Source: Vitreimonas sp.
Lineage (GTDB): Bacteria; Patescibacteriota; Microgenomatia; UBA1400; PJMF01
Direction: 5' to 3'
Assembly: GCA_035627515.1 (NCBI GenBank)
Contig: DASPLQ010000012.1
Location: 135,269 to 199,268 of the forward strand
DNA length: 64,000 nt
A program made the translations under genes and the position numbers. Below the pieces are notes generated by a model. The model was not told where the DNA came from. It ran no database searches and saw nothing but the letters and a program-made list of their open reading frames with translations. Positions 46,301 through 55,533 of the stretch are shown one piece after another. The stretch's first letter is position 1. The number at the start of each line of letters is the position of its first letter.

Positions 46301-46978
46301 ATGCTACGATCATTATTACTATCCAAGCCTCTCCCTTTCTCGATAGATCGATGGTGGTATGTATTTTTTACTATTATCTATCCTCTCTTTCTGATTATTA
46401 TTTTTCAGTTTTTGATTTTAATAGACTCAACGCCTGATACTCTCTACTATGACCCCTTTCTAGCATTTCTATTTGACCCACTTATATTTATGTGTTTTTA
46501 CCCAGTCTTTCTAGGCGCAATAATCTCGGAAGTATTACTAGCTAAATCTTTTAAGATCTATGCTAAAAAGAAGTTCATTCGGCGCGGAATATGGGCAGGG
46601 ACATTAACTGCGTGGCTCTTTTTTATAGCGACTATATACTACATGCTTCCCGCTCTGCTTAAATCTGCGGTAGGTGATATGCAGCCGGAGGTGCGCAGAG
46701 TTAGTATTTTGTTTCTCACAATAATAGTAGTTACTCTGGGAGGAACTCTTACCTTATCGCATTATAAATCCCGATGGTTACCTATACTGTATCTACTATT
46801 TCACCCTGGAATAGCCATTCTTGGGCTACTCAGTCTCCAACTTTTCGGGACACCTTTAAATATCTTTCTCGAGCCTCTAGAAATCCCAGCTATGATTAGC
46901 TTTTCCTTAATAATTCTCACTCCTGCTTTTGCTACTTATTTTGCTACCAATTTGTTACGACAATTGTATGAAGTGTAA
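46301..46978 (+). CDS. Polytopic membrane protein
   Basis: About 6 hydrophobic helices. Confidence 0.7.
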   Translation: MLRSLLLSKPLPFSIDRWWYVFFTIIYPLFLIIIFQFLILIDSTPDTLYYDPFLAFLFDPLIFMCFYPVFLGAIISEVLLAKSFKIYAKKKFIRRGIWAGTLTAWLFFIATIYYMLPALLKSAVGDMQPEVRRVSILFLTIIVVTLGGTLTLSHYKSRWLPILYLLFHPGIAILGLLSLQLFGTPLNIFLEPLEIPAMISFSLIILTPAFATYFATNLLRQLYEV

Positions 46979-46997
46979 AATGTAGTATTCGATAGCC

Positions 46998-47633
46998 ATG
47001 GCCTTTCCTCTACTCTTAACCGCCATTCGGTTACTCATCCCTTTCTCTATCTTGGTGTGGCCTTTAGCTGGACTTTTACTCTCAGCCACCATCGATATGT
47101 ACGATTGGAAATTTTTTCCATTTAGCGACGAAGCTAGCTATGCCTTGTATCAAAACTGGGATAAAACACTGGATTTTTACTATTGGTTATTTGCACTGTT
47201 CATTACTTTTAAATGGTCTGAAAAAACTGCCCGCTTGCTCGCTGTGGGATTGTTTGGATGGCGGATAGTAGGAATGGTTATTTTCTTTCTATCGCAATGG
47301 CGACCAGCCTTATTTTTCTTTCCCAATGTCTTTGAAAATTTTGTGCTTTTTTACTTGGCCTATGCTGCGGTTGCCAAAGGCAGGCCTTTATTTACTTCTT
47401 GGCAAATCATGGCCACAGTCTTGCTCAGCATTGTTGTGCCCAAATTAGTTCACGAATACTTTATGCATTTTCTGGCTAAGCAACCATGGGAAGTGTATGA
47501 CGTCGCGAGCTGGCTAGGTCTGACTACGGGAACAACTCATGAATACGGTAACTATGTAGCGTGGGGACTGATTTTGCATACTGTGACAATATCAGTGCTA
47601 ATTTTCTATGTTAAGAAAAATCAAGCTAAATAA
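46998..47633 (+). CDS. Polytopic membrane protein
   Basis: YQNWDKTLD and FFPNVFENF; multiple TM helices. Confidence 0.8.
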   Translation: MAFPLLLTAIRLLIPFSILVWPLAGLLLSATIDMYDWKFFPFSDEASYALYQNWDKTLDFYYWLFALFITFKWSEKTARLLAVGLFGWRIVGMVIFFLSQWRPALFFFPNVFENFVLFYLAYAAVAKGRPLFTSWQIMATVLLSIVVPKLVHEYFMHFLAKQPWEVYDVASWLGLTTGTTHEYGNYVAWGLILHTVTISVLIFYVKKNQAK

Positions 47634-47847
47634 ATACTCAAATTTAACGCTTTTTTGACCCATTTTGCTATAATGTTTAGTAGTGATAGTTTAGTCTTCT
47701 CAAGAAAGAGCTTCTTGCATAAGGCTAACTGTTCTTTAACAAGTGCTTCTATTTTCTAGGTACTCACGAGGATTCAGCCTTTAACCACTGTTGAGGACTG
47801 GCGGGTACCTAGAAATTCGTCTAGGTCTTTCGCTTAAGGAGAAAAAA

Positions 47848-48258
47848 GTGAACAAGCGAAAAATGGTAGGTAAAATGATCATTTTGGCGGTAGTTATAGT
47901 TGGAGTGGGCTCAGGGCTGTATCAGTCCTGGTATAACCATCAACCCTGGTGGTGGAAAGCAGGACTCCAACACAATGAAACTACCATCTTATCAGGAACG
48001 GGCTACAAAGTTCAGCTTTCCCATTATGGATATGAGAACCAGAGTTACCAAAACTCTGAGTTACGATTACTTTATCCCGATGGAAGTGAATGGATAGCTT
48101 TAGCTGGTAAAGATTATTTGTTTGGCGAGCAAATCGTCAACGATAAAATCTTTATCGCTTCAAGAGGGCAACAAATCGACGATGTTTGGTGGGTAGAAAT
48201 CGACCCTTATTTTAAAACCATCGTTGAACACAAAGACCCCAACTACATCCCTCACTAG
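47848..48258 (+). CDS. Membrane-anchored or secreted hypothetical protein
   Basis: GTG start after AAGGAG; N-terminal basic stretch plus TM. Confidence 0.7.
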   Translation: MNKRKMVGKMIILAVVIVGVGSGLYQSWYNHQPWWWKAGLQHNETTILSGTGYKVQLSHYGYENQSYQNSELRLLYPDGSEWIALAGKDYLFGEQIVNDKIFIASRGQQIDDVWWVEIDPYFKTIVEHKDPNYIPH

Positions 48259-48272
48259 ACCAAGCACTTGTA

Positions 48273-48302
48273 AGTCGCGGCCACAAAGCCGCGACTATTC
48301 TT
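48273..48302 (+). terminator. Intrinsic terminator
   Basis: AGTCGCGGC-CACAAA-GCCGCGACT then ATTCTT. Confidence 0.7.
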
Positions 48303-48340
48303 AAATTGAGAACGTTGTTGTCAGCTTAAGAATAGACTCT

Positions 48341-48538
48341 TTACTCTTCTTCCGGGATCACCAGCCAACAAATCAGATATGGTAATAAACCCGGTAAACC
48401 ACCGGGGATAAATAAAAATACCCACGCTAAACGAACGACAACAACATCAATGTTTAAATAATTGGCAATGGCTAAAGCTACACCAGCCAGTACTCTGCAC
48501 TTGCGGGGTCGGCGGAGTTTTTTCATGTTTTCAGACAT
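48341..48538 (-). CDS. pspC: PspC domain protein
   Basis: KKLRR..VLAGVALAIANYLNID..VRL..YLICWLVIPEE. Confidence 0.92.
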   Translation of the reverse strand: MSENMKKLRRPRKCRVLAGVALAIANYLNIDVVVVRLAWVFLFIPGGLPGLLPYLICWLVIPEEE

Positions 48539-48554
48539 ACTTTAATTATACCGC

Positions 48555-48585
48555 AAATAACCCCACGCTCGTGGTGGGGTTATTT
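48555..48585. terminator. Bidirectional terminator
   Basis: AAATAACCCCAC-GCTCGTG-GTGGGGTTATTT. Confidence 0.75.
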
Positions 48586-48617
48586 GTCATCTGTCCATCT
48601 GTTCAACAACGTCAAGC

Positions 48618-48767
48618 TTATGATTGTCCGCCTTTGCGACCAATATCTCTCACCTCTTGGGTGGGCCGGTTCTTAAAGTTAGTAGGACTGTTTTGTCCTC
48701 CGCGACGCCGGGCTTCTTCGTCTAAATTTTGAGCGGCATTTCGATTACCGCGTCCTGACTGTGCCAT
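48618..48767 (-). CDS. KGG-motif small stress protein (49 aa; not in ORF track)
   Basis: MAQSGRGNRNAAQNLDEEARRRGGQNSPTNFKNRPTQEVRDIGRKGGQS; GGAGGTG RBS. Confidence 0.85.
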   Translation of the reverse strand: MAQSGRGNRNAAQNLDEEARRRGGQNSPTNFKNRPTQEVRDIGRKGGQS

Positions 48768-48816
48768 CTGCACCTCCCACAAATTATTTTATAAAGTTAA
48801 TAGTAATGTCCATCAG

Positions 48817-48969
48817 TTATTCACTTGATGAATTACTACTGCGTCCTCGCCCACCGCTCCGGCCTCGACCACCACTGCTTCGGTTATTACCACCGCCGCT
48901 GTTTGAATCATCAGCTTTTCTGCGAGCTTGACTATGTCCTTTGGAATCTCCAAACCATCCTCGTGCCAT
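48817..48969 (-). CDS. Small Gly/Arg/Ser-rich protein with GWFGDxxGH motif (50 aa; not in ORF track)
   Basis: MARGWFGDSKGHSQARRKADD..GGRGRSGGRGRSS; AAGGAG RBS. Confidence 0.8.
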   Translation of the reverse strand: MARGWFGDSKGHSQARRKADDSNSGGGNNRSSGGRGRSGGRGRSSNSSSE

Positions 48970-49208
48970 ATGCACTCCTTACTTGCTTACTTTTTACTGT
49001 GAGAGGTTAATTTTCCTCGAGCCTTCCATTACTATAAATGGGGTCTGAGCACTCTTAACTTCTCATAGTTTGTACTATACGCAGCAGGTTGAAGAAAGGG
49101 ATATGAGGACAGCAAGACTTAGGTAAGAATAAAAAGCTACTCAGTTGCAGGGAGCTGCATTTCGGCTATCAACCAATCATAATATTTCTTACCAAAGTTC
49201 GGAGCATA

Positions 49209-49661
49209 TTATTTGCCCTCAATGATTAATCTCGGTTCGCGCCGAAATTCTGTATAGCGATACCAAAACGGCGTAAATATTAATCGCACCCGGGTAGGAT
49301 CGGTGGCATATTTTTTATAATCGGGATATTTGGTGAAATGCACCTCAGTTGCATGATTATTTTCTTCTCCAGCTACGGCTACTCTTAATTCGCCATCTAA
49401 TTGAAACGTGATCCACTCTTCTTCATTAAAACCAATCGTCACCGCTGCTTTAATCGCTTGGCCATTGCCGGCTGCTACTGCTTGATATTTACGAGTGTCA
49501 TTAGGTGTACTAAAAAATAACCTAAATGGTTCGTTTTGATGAGAATAATGTACCGTGGCTGAGTGGACACTACCATCAGGCATCGCAACCGATAAGACCG
49601 CAATTCTATGTTTGGCTACAAAATGTAAAATTTCGGGATGATCGATGGTTATTCCTGGCAT
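49209..49661 (-). CDS. Pyridoxamine 5'-phosphate oxidase-like (FMN split barrel) protein
   Basis: IAVLSVA..DGSVHSATV..FFST..TRK..TFQLDG. Confidence 0.8.
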   Translation of the reverse strand: MPGITIDHPEILHFVAKHRIAVLSVAMPDGSVHSATVHYSHQNEPFRLFFSTPNDTRKYQAVAAGNGQAIKAAVTIGFNEEEWITFQLDGELRVAVAGEENNHATEVHFTKYPDYKKYATDPTRVRLIFTPFWYRYTEFRREPRLIIEGK

Positions 49662-49912
49662 ATAGGCTTATTCTAACAAGAAATTTACACAATTTTCCTA
49701 CAAAATTTACACGAGTGCTTATACTAAGGGAAGGCGTGAGTTTTCTGCTTAACACCGCGTTAAATCAGAAGCCTCCAGCTCTTTAAAAGCAACTATTAAG
49801 GTCGGAGCGAACTAAGTGGAGACGGAGAGTAAAGTATTCAAGCTTTCCCTCTCTACCTCGTTCGCTCTGGCTAGCACTTCTGCTGGCTGGATAATTTGAA
49901 GGAGAAAGAAAG

Positions 49913-50359
49913 ATGGCACAGCGATGGCTAGTGATAGTTTTGATGGTTGCGGTCTTAGGTGGATGCAAACCGTCACAGGAAGAAAATTCTTCCCCCACCA
50001 GTTCTTCAAGAATAGTCCTTACTCCCTCTACTCCACTACCCATTGACCCAAACCAAGATTGTTTTGTTCGCCAGGTTTGGGCTCAGCCCAAACGAGCAAA
50101 AGTTAACAGCATAGTTCAAATTCATGGGGATGGTTACTGTAAGAGTGGGCTTCCTCGTGCTTCGCGGTTCGTCATTGATGGCGAACCAATGGGAGAGGAT
50201 TCAGGCGGAGAAGCACTTGCCCAGGGCGAATCAATAAGTTTCGACTCAGCGGGAAATCACCAGGTCTGCTTCGAGGTCACTCTAACAGAGTGGCCAAGTG
50301 AAATAGGCGAACATCTCAATGCTGCGCTCCACTGTTTCCCAGTGGAGGTGTATGAATAG
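49913..50359 (+). CDS. Putative lipoprotein
   Basis: Lipobox LGGC, Ser/Pro linker, Cys-containing beta domain; AAGGAG RBS. Confidence 0.75.
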   Translation: MAQRWLVIVLMVAVLGGCKPSQEENSSPTSSSRIVLTPSTPLPIDPNQDCFVRQVWAQPKRAKVNSIVQIHGDGYCKSGLPRASRFVIDGEPMGEDSGGEALAQGESISFDSAGNHQVCFEVTLTEWPSEIGEHLNAALHCFPVEVYE

Positions 50360-50364
50360 TTGCA

Positions 50365-50399
50365 TAGGTCGTGGCCTCACCCGCCACGACCTACTTTTT
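50365..50399 (+). terminator. Intrinsic terminator
   Basis: TAGGTCGTGGC-CTCACCC-GCCACGACCTA then CTTTTT. Confidence 0.85.
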
Positions 50400-50436
50400 G
50401 GGAAATGAAAGTCATTTTTGATTTTCGAAAAAGTAG

Positions 50437-50895
50437 TTACTCAAGTTGAGGCAAATTTGCAAGGTCACCCTGCAAAAAGACAGGTTTCATGGCCAGAATT
50501 TCGTCTTTAAACGATGCTTGCTCGCCAATGTCATTCAAGATAAAGATTTTTTTGTCGTAGTGAAAAGCAATCGCCATTTCCATCAAGACATTGCCGCCAA
50601 TATACCCGGCTACTCCCCGCTTGGTGTCATTAATAACTAAGATGGCATCTACTTTTGCAATGCGTTGAAAGTACTCTTTGATGACTTCATGGCGGCGCTC
50701 CAAGGGCCGCTCATCATAAAATGACTGGGCATAGTTCTCGACGTTATAGTCACCATGCTTCTCCATATCAGCGGCTAAATCGGGATACACCACTTCAAAA
50801 TTCCGGGCTTGAAGCTGATTTTTGACCTCCACTACATGTTGATAAAAAGTAATGCTCGCACACAGAGCCAGGGAGTTAAGTGACGGAACTGACAT
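50437..50895 (-). CDS. Nucleoside 2-deoxyribosyltransferase-like protein
   Basis: ALCASITF, DAILVIN, GYIGGNVLMEMAIA..KKIF. Confidence 0.65.
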   Translation of the reverse strand: MSVPSLNSLALCASITFYQHVVEVKNQLQARNFEVVYPDLAADMEKHGDYNVENYAQSFYDERPLERRHEVIKEYFQRIAKVDAILVINDTKRGVAGYIGGNVLMEMAIAFHYDKKIFILNDIGEQASFKDEILAMKPVFLQGDLANLPQLE

Positions 50896-51136
50896 CGCTG
50901 ACAGTATATCCTAAATCACTCACAATTTGAGCTAATTTTTTAGGTGTTACTTTTTTGGGATCGTACTCAACTTTGGTTTCTTGGCGAGCGTAACTAGTGA
51001 TCGCAGTCAGCACCCCCTTAGTTTCCTCCAAAGCTCCATCAATATTTAAAGAACAGGTGGTGCAATGCATACCATCCAACTTTAAAACCAGTTGTTTCCC
51101 GGCAGGCGATGTTGATTTCTTAAAAAAGTTAAACAT
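50876..51136 (-). CDS. copZ: Heavy-metal-associated chaperone (CopZ-like)
   Basis: GMHCTTC; TAATG overlap with the upstream gene. Confidence 0.85.
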   Translation of the reverse strand: MFNFFKKSTSPAGKQLVLKLDGMHCTTCSLNIDGALEETKGVLTAITSYARQETKVEYDPKKVTPKKLAQIVSDLGYTVSDVSSVT

Positions 51137-52194
51137 TAAATCACCTCCATCGTGCCAGTATACATACCCATCGAACACGAATACGTATACTTGCCTTTTT
51201 CTGTGGGCACAAACGCAAATGTTTTTCGATCAGTCGGACTTAAAAAGGTGCTGATCTCAAAAGCTTTAAAGGTGAAAGCCACGGCACATGAATAGGTATC
51301 TAAAGTAGCAACTGTAAGCTCGACTGGTTGACCTGCCTTAACCTTAAAGTATCGTGGCGCATAGCCGTGATTAGTAGCCTGAATTTCCACTTTTTGCAAC
51401 CCAGCGGGATCTGCAGCCACTACGGCTTTATCAGTAAACCTGTCACTGGAAAAAAAATAAGTCACTGGTTGAGCCACTGTTTGCAGAGTTAGAGGTGAAT
51501 TTAAAACTACTAGCACACCATTAAGACTCATTACTGCCATTACTATCAAACCCACTGCGGCAATTTTCAAAAACCGCTGGCTCCATGCTTCAGACAAACG
51601 AGCCGTGGCTACGCCAATGGTGGCAAATAGTGGCGTCGTTCCCAACACAAAGGCAAACATTATCAATGCTCCTTGCCATGGGTCTCCGGAATTAATGGCA
51701 GTTACTTCCATGGCTTGGGTCACGCCGCACGGAATAAAGATCGTCATTACCCCTAGTACTGCTGGTGCAAATAACTGTTGACTGGTAGAGCTACTTTTAA
51801 TCAATCGCCGAATGAACCTGGGTGGCTGGAAAGCTACCCACCGGAAAATAGGGTGAATTTCAAGTAAGTTCATGGCAGTAGCAAACATAAATAAGCCCGC
51901 AAAAACTTGGAAAGCTAAACGAACGCCCAAACTGAGGGTAATCACTGATCCCAAGGCCCCCAGGAAAAATCCTAAAATGGTGTGAGAAGCTAACTTGGCC
52001 ACTAAGAACATCACCACCGGCAACCAATCATCCTTACTCCAGGTGGTAACCGAGACACGTGCTTTTTTATCCAGTGAGGTTTCGAGTGCTTTTTGATTAG
52101 CAATCAAACCGGCTAACAAGCCACCCTGCATCGCTGCACACGACACCCCCCCCGTGGTTAAACCTGTCAAGAAAATAAGCCAAAAAGTATTCAT
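51136..52194 (-). CDS. DsbD_2/TauE-like membrane protein with C-terminal cupredoxin domain
   Basis: SCAAMQGG, FIPCGVTQ, YSCSMGMY. Confidence 0.88.
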   Translation of the reverse strand: MNTFWLIFLTGLTTGGVSCAAMQGGLLAGLIANQKALETSLDKKARVSVTTWSKDDWLPVVMFLVAKLASHTILGFFLGALGSVITLSLGVRLAFQVFAGLFMFATAMNLLEIHPIFRWVAFQPPRFIRRLIKSSSTSQQLFAPAVLGVMTIFIPCGVTQAMEVTAINSGDPWQGALIMFAFVLGTTPLFATIGVATARLSEAWSQRFLKIAAVGLIVMAVMSLNGVLVVLNSPLTLQTVAQPVTYFFSSDRFTDKAVVAADPAGLQKVEIQATNHGYAPRYFKVKAGQPVELTVATLDTYSCAVAFTFKAFEISTFLSPTDRKTFAFVPTEKGKYTYSCSMGMYTGTMEVI

Positions 52195-52213
52195 AATGCA
52201 CTCGTAACACTAC

Positions 52214-54556
52214 TTATATTTTAACCGATTTTAGCCGTAGGGAGTTAATCACCACCGACACACTGCTCAAGGCCATCGCCAATCCTGCAAAAACAGGATT
52301 CAGGACTAAACCTAGGATAGGATACAACAACCCAGCTGCCAAAGGAATGCCTAAGAGGTTGTAAATAAATGCCCAAAACAAATTTTGCTTGATGACTCGC
52401 ATTGTAGCCCGCGACAGAGCCAGGGCAGCTTCTAATTTAGCCACGTCTCCCTTCAATAAGGTAATACTTGCTGCAGATAAAGCCACATCTGTACCAGTAC
52501 TCATGGCGATGCCGACATCGGCTTGGGCTAAAGCGGGGGCATCGTTTACTCCATCTCCCACCATGGCTACCACTTCCCCCTCAGCTTGGAGTTTTTTGAC
52601 TAGCTCTGCCTTCGCTTGTGGCAAAACTTCGCCATACACTTGCGTGATCCCCACTTGCTGAGCTATATACTGGCTGGTATTGCTATGATCTCCACTCGCT
52701 AAAACTACTTTTATACCTAGGTTGTGCAACTTAGTTACTGCCTCTGCAGCGTTAGCTTTAACGGCATCGGCTACCCAAACAATGCCTTTAACTTCTTGTT
52801 TGGTAAAGAGCACAATCGGCGTTTTTCCTTCAGCGGTAGCGGCATCAACCAGTGACTGATCTATCTTTAATTTATATTGTGATAATAAGGTAGGTTTACC
52901 TGCCCAATACTCGGTCTTATTAATCTTCCCTCTCAAGCCCCACCCCTCCAAAATTTCGAAGTCTTTGACCTCGGCGTGCTCCACACGTCTGCGTTTGGCC
53001 TCGCTCAATACAGCCTGGGCCAAAGGATGTTCGGAGTGCTGTTCCAAAGCGGCAAGCATACTCACCACTTGTGACTCGCTTAAAGCTGATAATGTCGTCA
53101 CAGACACAACCTGAGGTTTACCTTCCGTAAGTGTACCTGTCTTATCCATCACTACCACACTCACTTGATGCAGTTTTTCTAAACTTTCGGCATCTTTAAT
53201 TAATATTCCTTGCGATGCGGCTCGACCCACACCTACAATCAGAGCTGTAGGAGTGGCTAAGCCCAACGCACAAGGACAAGCAATGACTAAAATGCTTACG
53301 AAACTCAGTAAGCCCAACGTCACTGCCTGGCTCACTGGCAAGTACAAGCTACCGCCAACCAACCAGGTAAGTAGGGTCACCACTGCCACAATTAAGACTA
53401 CGGGGACAAATACACTGGAAACTTGGTCAGCTAACCGCTCAATCGGCGCCTTGGTACCCTGGGCATTTTCCACGAGCTTGACTATTTGCGCTAACAACGT
53501 CTGCTCACCAACTTGGGTGGCTTCAAATATCAACATACCCTGCTTATTTAACGTACCACTGATGACTATGTCACCCGGGTTTTTATCTACTGGCAGTGAC
53601 TCACCAGTCACCAACGACTCGTCGACACTTGAGTGACCCTTAATAACTTTCCCATCCACAGGAATTTTACTGCCTGGTTTAACTACGATGTGATCACCAA
53701 TTTGAACGTGCTCGACTGCAATTTCGATCTCTTCTCCATCTCGATAAACAAGGGCTGTTTTAGCTTGTAAATGAAGTAGTTTTTCTAGCGCTTCACCTGT
53801 TTTATGTTTCGAGCTAACTTCTAGATATTTGCCGAGTTTGATAAACGCTAACACCACTATCACCACGTCAAAATAAAGATACTCAGCTAAACCCAAGCGT
53901 TGAATGGTGGCCGGAAACAAAAACACAAAACTGGAAAACACATAGGCAACTGTCGTACCAATCCCCACTAACGTATCCATATTAGCGTGTCCGGTTTTCA
54001 GGTACATTCCTACCGCTGTCATGAATGGTCGACCAATTGTCACCATAAAACCTGTTGCCAACAAAAATAAAAAGCCGTTCAGGAGCGGCATCGGCCAAGG
54101 TAATGGTAACCACCACCACCATATTTTAGTGGCAATTTCCCATAACATCACCATAAAAACCAGCAGTGCTAACGGCAAGGTCAGGGTGACTTGTTCTTTT
54201 TCGGCAGTAACTGCTGCCTGGGTGCTGGGCGCAGCATGACCATCGTGACCGCTATGGGTGACTGGGTGTAATTGGCCGGATTCAGCATGAACATCGGTAG
54301 GAATGTGCAAGTTGTATCCATACGGTTTAATTTTTTCACTCAGCTGGGCTGGGTTGACCTGGTCGGGATGGTATTCTACATAAGCTTTTTCTGTCGCAAA
54401 GTTGACTGTACACGACTCTACCCCCTCAACTTTCCCTAATGTCCGTTGGATAATTTGGGCGCAGCTCGCGCAGTGCATACCTTCGACAGGCAATGAAGTG
54501 GTAACAGTATCAGCTTGGTGATCAGCATGCTGATGATTAGTTGCTCTTGATGCCAT
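52214..54556 (-). CDS. copA: Cu(I)-translocating P1B ATPase
   Basis: GMHCASC, CPCALGLATP, DKTGT, SEHPLA, YN, MALSS. Confidence 0.96.
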   Translation of the reverse strand: MASRATNHQHADHQADTVTTSLPVEGMHCASCAQIIQRTLGKVEGVESCTVNFATEKAYVEYHPDQVNPAQLSEKIKPYGYNLHIPTDVHAESGQLHPVTHSGHDGHAAPSTQAAVTAEKEQVTLTLPLALLVFMVMLWEIATKIWWWWLPLPWPMPLLNGFLFLLATGFMVTIGRPFMTAVGMYLKTGHANMDTLVGIGTTVAYVFSSFVFLFPATIQRLGLAEYLYFDVVIVVLAFIKLGKYLEVSSKHKTGEALEKLLHLQAKTALVYRDGEEIEIAVEHVQIGDHIVVKPGSKIPVDGKVIKGHSSVDESLVTGESLPVDKNPGDIVISGTLNKQGMLIFEATQVGEQTLLAQIVKLVENAQGTKAPIERLADQVSSVFVPVVLIVAVVTLLTWLVGGSLYLPVSQAVTLGLLSFVSILVIACPCALGLATPTALIVGVGRAASQGILIKDAESLEKLHQVSVVVMDKTGTLTEGKPQVVSVTTLSALSESQVVSMLAALEQHSEHPLAQAVLSEAKRRRVEHAEVKDFEILEGWGLRGKINKTEYWAGKPTLLSQYKLKIDQSLVDAATAEGKTPIVLFTKQEVKGIVWVADAVKANAAEAVTKLHNLGIKVVLASGDHSNTSQYIAQQVGITQVYGEVLPQAKAELVKKLQAEGEVVAMVGDGVNDAPALAQADVGIAMSTGTDVALSAASITLLKGDVAKLEAALALSRATMRVIKQNLFWAFIYNLLGIPLAAGLLYPILGLVLNPVFAGLAMALSSVSVVINSLRLKSVKI

Positions 54557-55106
54557 ACCATGCCTCTCTCCAAGTTTTTAGTTGGGTAGCATTAGCTGTT
54601 AAGGTGGAGATTACCTCATCCGCCACATTTAAAACTTCAGTCCGATGAGATTTAGTCCGAACATCCTGAGCGACGGTAATGGCTTCGGCGTGGTGTTCTA
54701 ATAAGGCATTGAGTAAGCGCAACTCAAACTTACCATCATTACTCCCTAAATTAATTTTTTGGTAGCGAGTAACCTGGCGGGTATTGTTGTACCACTCTTT
54801 TTTGTAAGCATAGAGCTGGTCAATACCAGCCTTATCAGCCGCAATCACAGCCGTTGCTAAATCTTTAATTTCTGGTCGCTGAGTTTGTTGTTGAGCTTGC
54901 TCCAGCATATGAATAGCACTCAAATGGTGGGCAATCATGCCATCAATGTAACGCAGATCTAGGTAGCGGTCAGCTTGGCCCAGCTCCATCATGGGCGCCT
55001 GTCGGTCGGCGCGCATCATGGCATACTCGGGAGTAAGTGCATATCCAACTCCCATACCCAAGAAAAAAACGACTAGGCTTGTCGTTATTAGTAATGATTT
55101 GGACAT
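54537..55106 (-). CDS. DUF305 (CopM-like) metal-binding protein
   Basis: GMIAHHLSAIHM and LLEHHAEAI. Confidence 0.85.
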   Translation of the reverse strand: MSKSLLITTSLVVFFLGMGVGYALTPEYAMMRADRQAPMMELGQADRYLDLRYIDGMIAHHLSAIHMLEQAQQQTQRPEIKDLATAVIAADKAGIDQLYAYKKEWYNNTRQVTRYQKINLGSNDGKFELRLLNALLEHHAEAITVAQDVRTKSHRTEVLNVADEVISTLTANATQLKTWREAWYGIKSN

Positions 55107-55115
55107 ACTTCCTCT

Positions 55116-55382
55116 CTATTTAGTTTCAAAGACTTTCATAATTTCTTCAACGGCTTTTTTATTCTGGCCTTGCTGGATGTGCTCTACCACACAATGTGAG
55201 AGATGTTGTTCAAGCAGCACGGCATCAGCCTTAGCTAAAGATTTTTGGACCGCTTTAGATTGCACTAAGACATCAATACAATAAGTATCAGCTTCGACCA
55301 TTTGGATGACTTTTTCTAAATGACCACGAGCAATTTTTAAACGGTGCAAAACATTACTTTTAGTAGTCGGAGTATGAAACAT
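55116..55382 (-). CDS. csoR: CsoR family copper-sensing repressor
   Basis: RLKIARGHL, YCIDVLVQ, HLSHC. Confidence 0.93.
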   Translation of the reverse strand: MFHTPTTKSNVLHRLKIARGHLEKVIQMVEADTYCIDVLVQSKAVQKSLAKADAVLLEQHLSHCVVEHIQQGQNKKAVEEIMKVFETK

Positions 55383-55414
55383 GATTTGCTTTCTATTGAG
55401 CTAACGCTTTCTAG

Positions 55415-55466
55415 TCCCCCTATGGGGGATAGGTTAATATCTTACTCTTCATTTTTAAACTGTCAA
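55415..55466 (-). promoter_or_regulatory. csoR promoter and CsoR-type operator
   Basis: Minus strand TTGACA-16 nt-TAAGAT; C/G-tract palindrome TCCCCC-TAT-GGGGGA at 55415-55429. Confidence 0.7.
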
Positions 55467-55494
55467 TAGCAATCCAAAATTACCAATTAAATTT

Positions 55495-55515
55495 AAATGT
55501 AACTAAGTTGCATTT
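55495..55515. promoter_or_regulatory. Zur box candidate
   Basis: AAATGTAAC-TAA-GTTGCATTT, a 9-3-9 inverted repeat with one mismatch, upstream of znuA. Confidence 0.75.
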
Positions 55516-55533
55516 TCCTGATACAATTACGAT

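Noticed and set aside
48825-49010. 61-aa plus-strand ORF
   Set aside because: Antisense to the better-supported GWFGD peptide, which has an RBS
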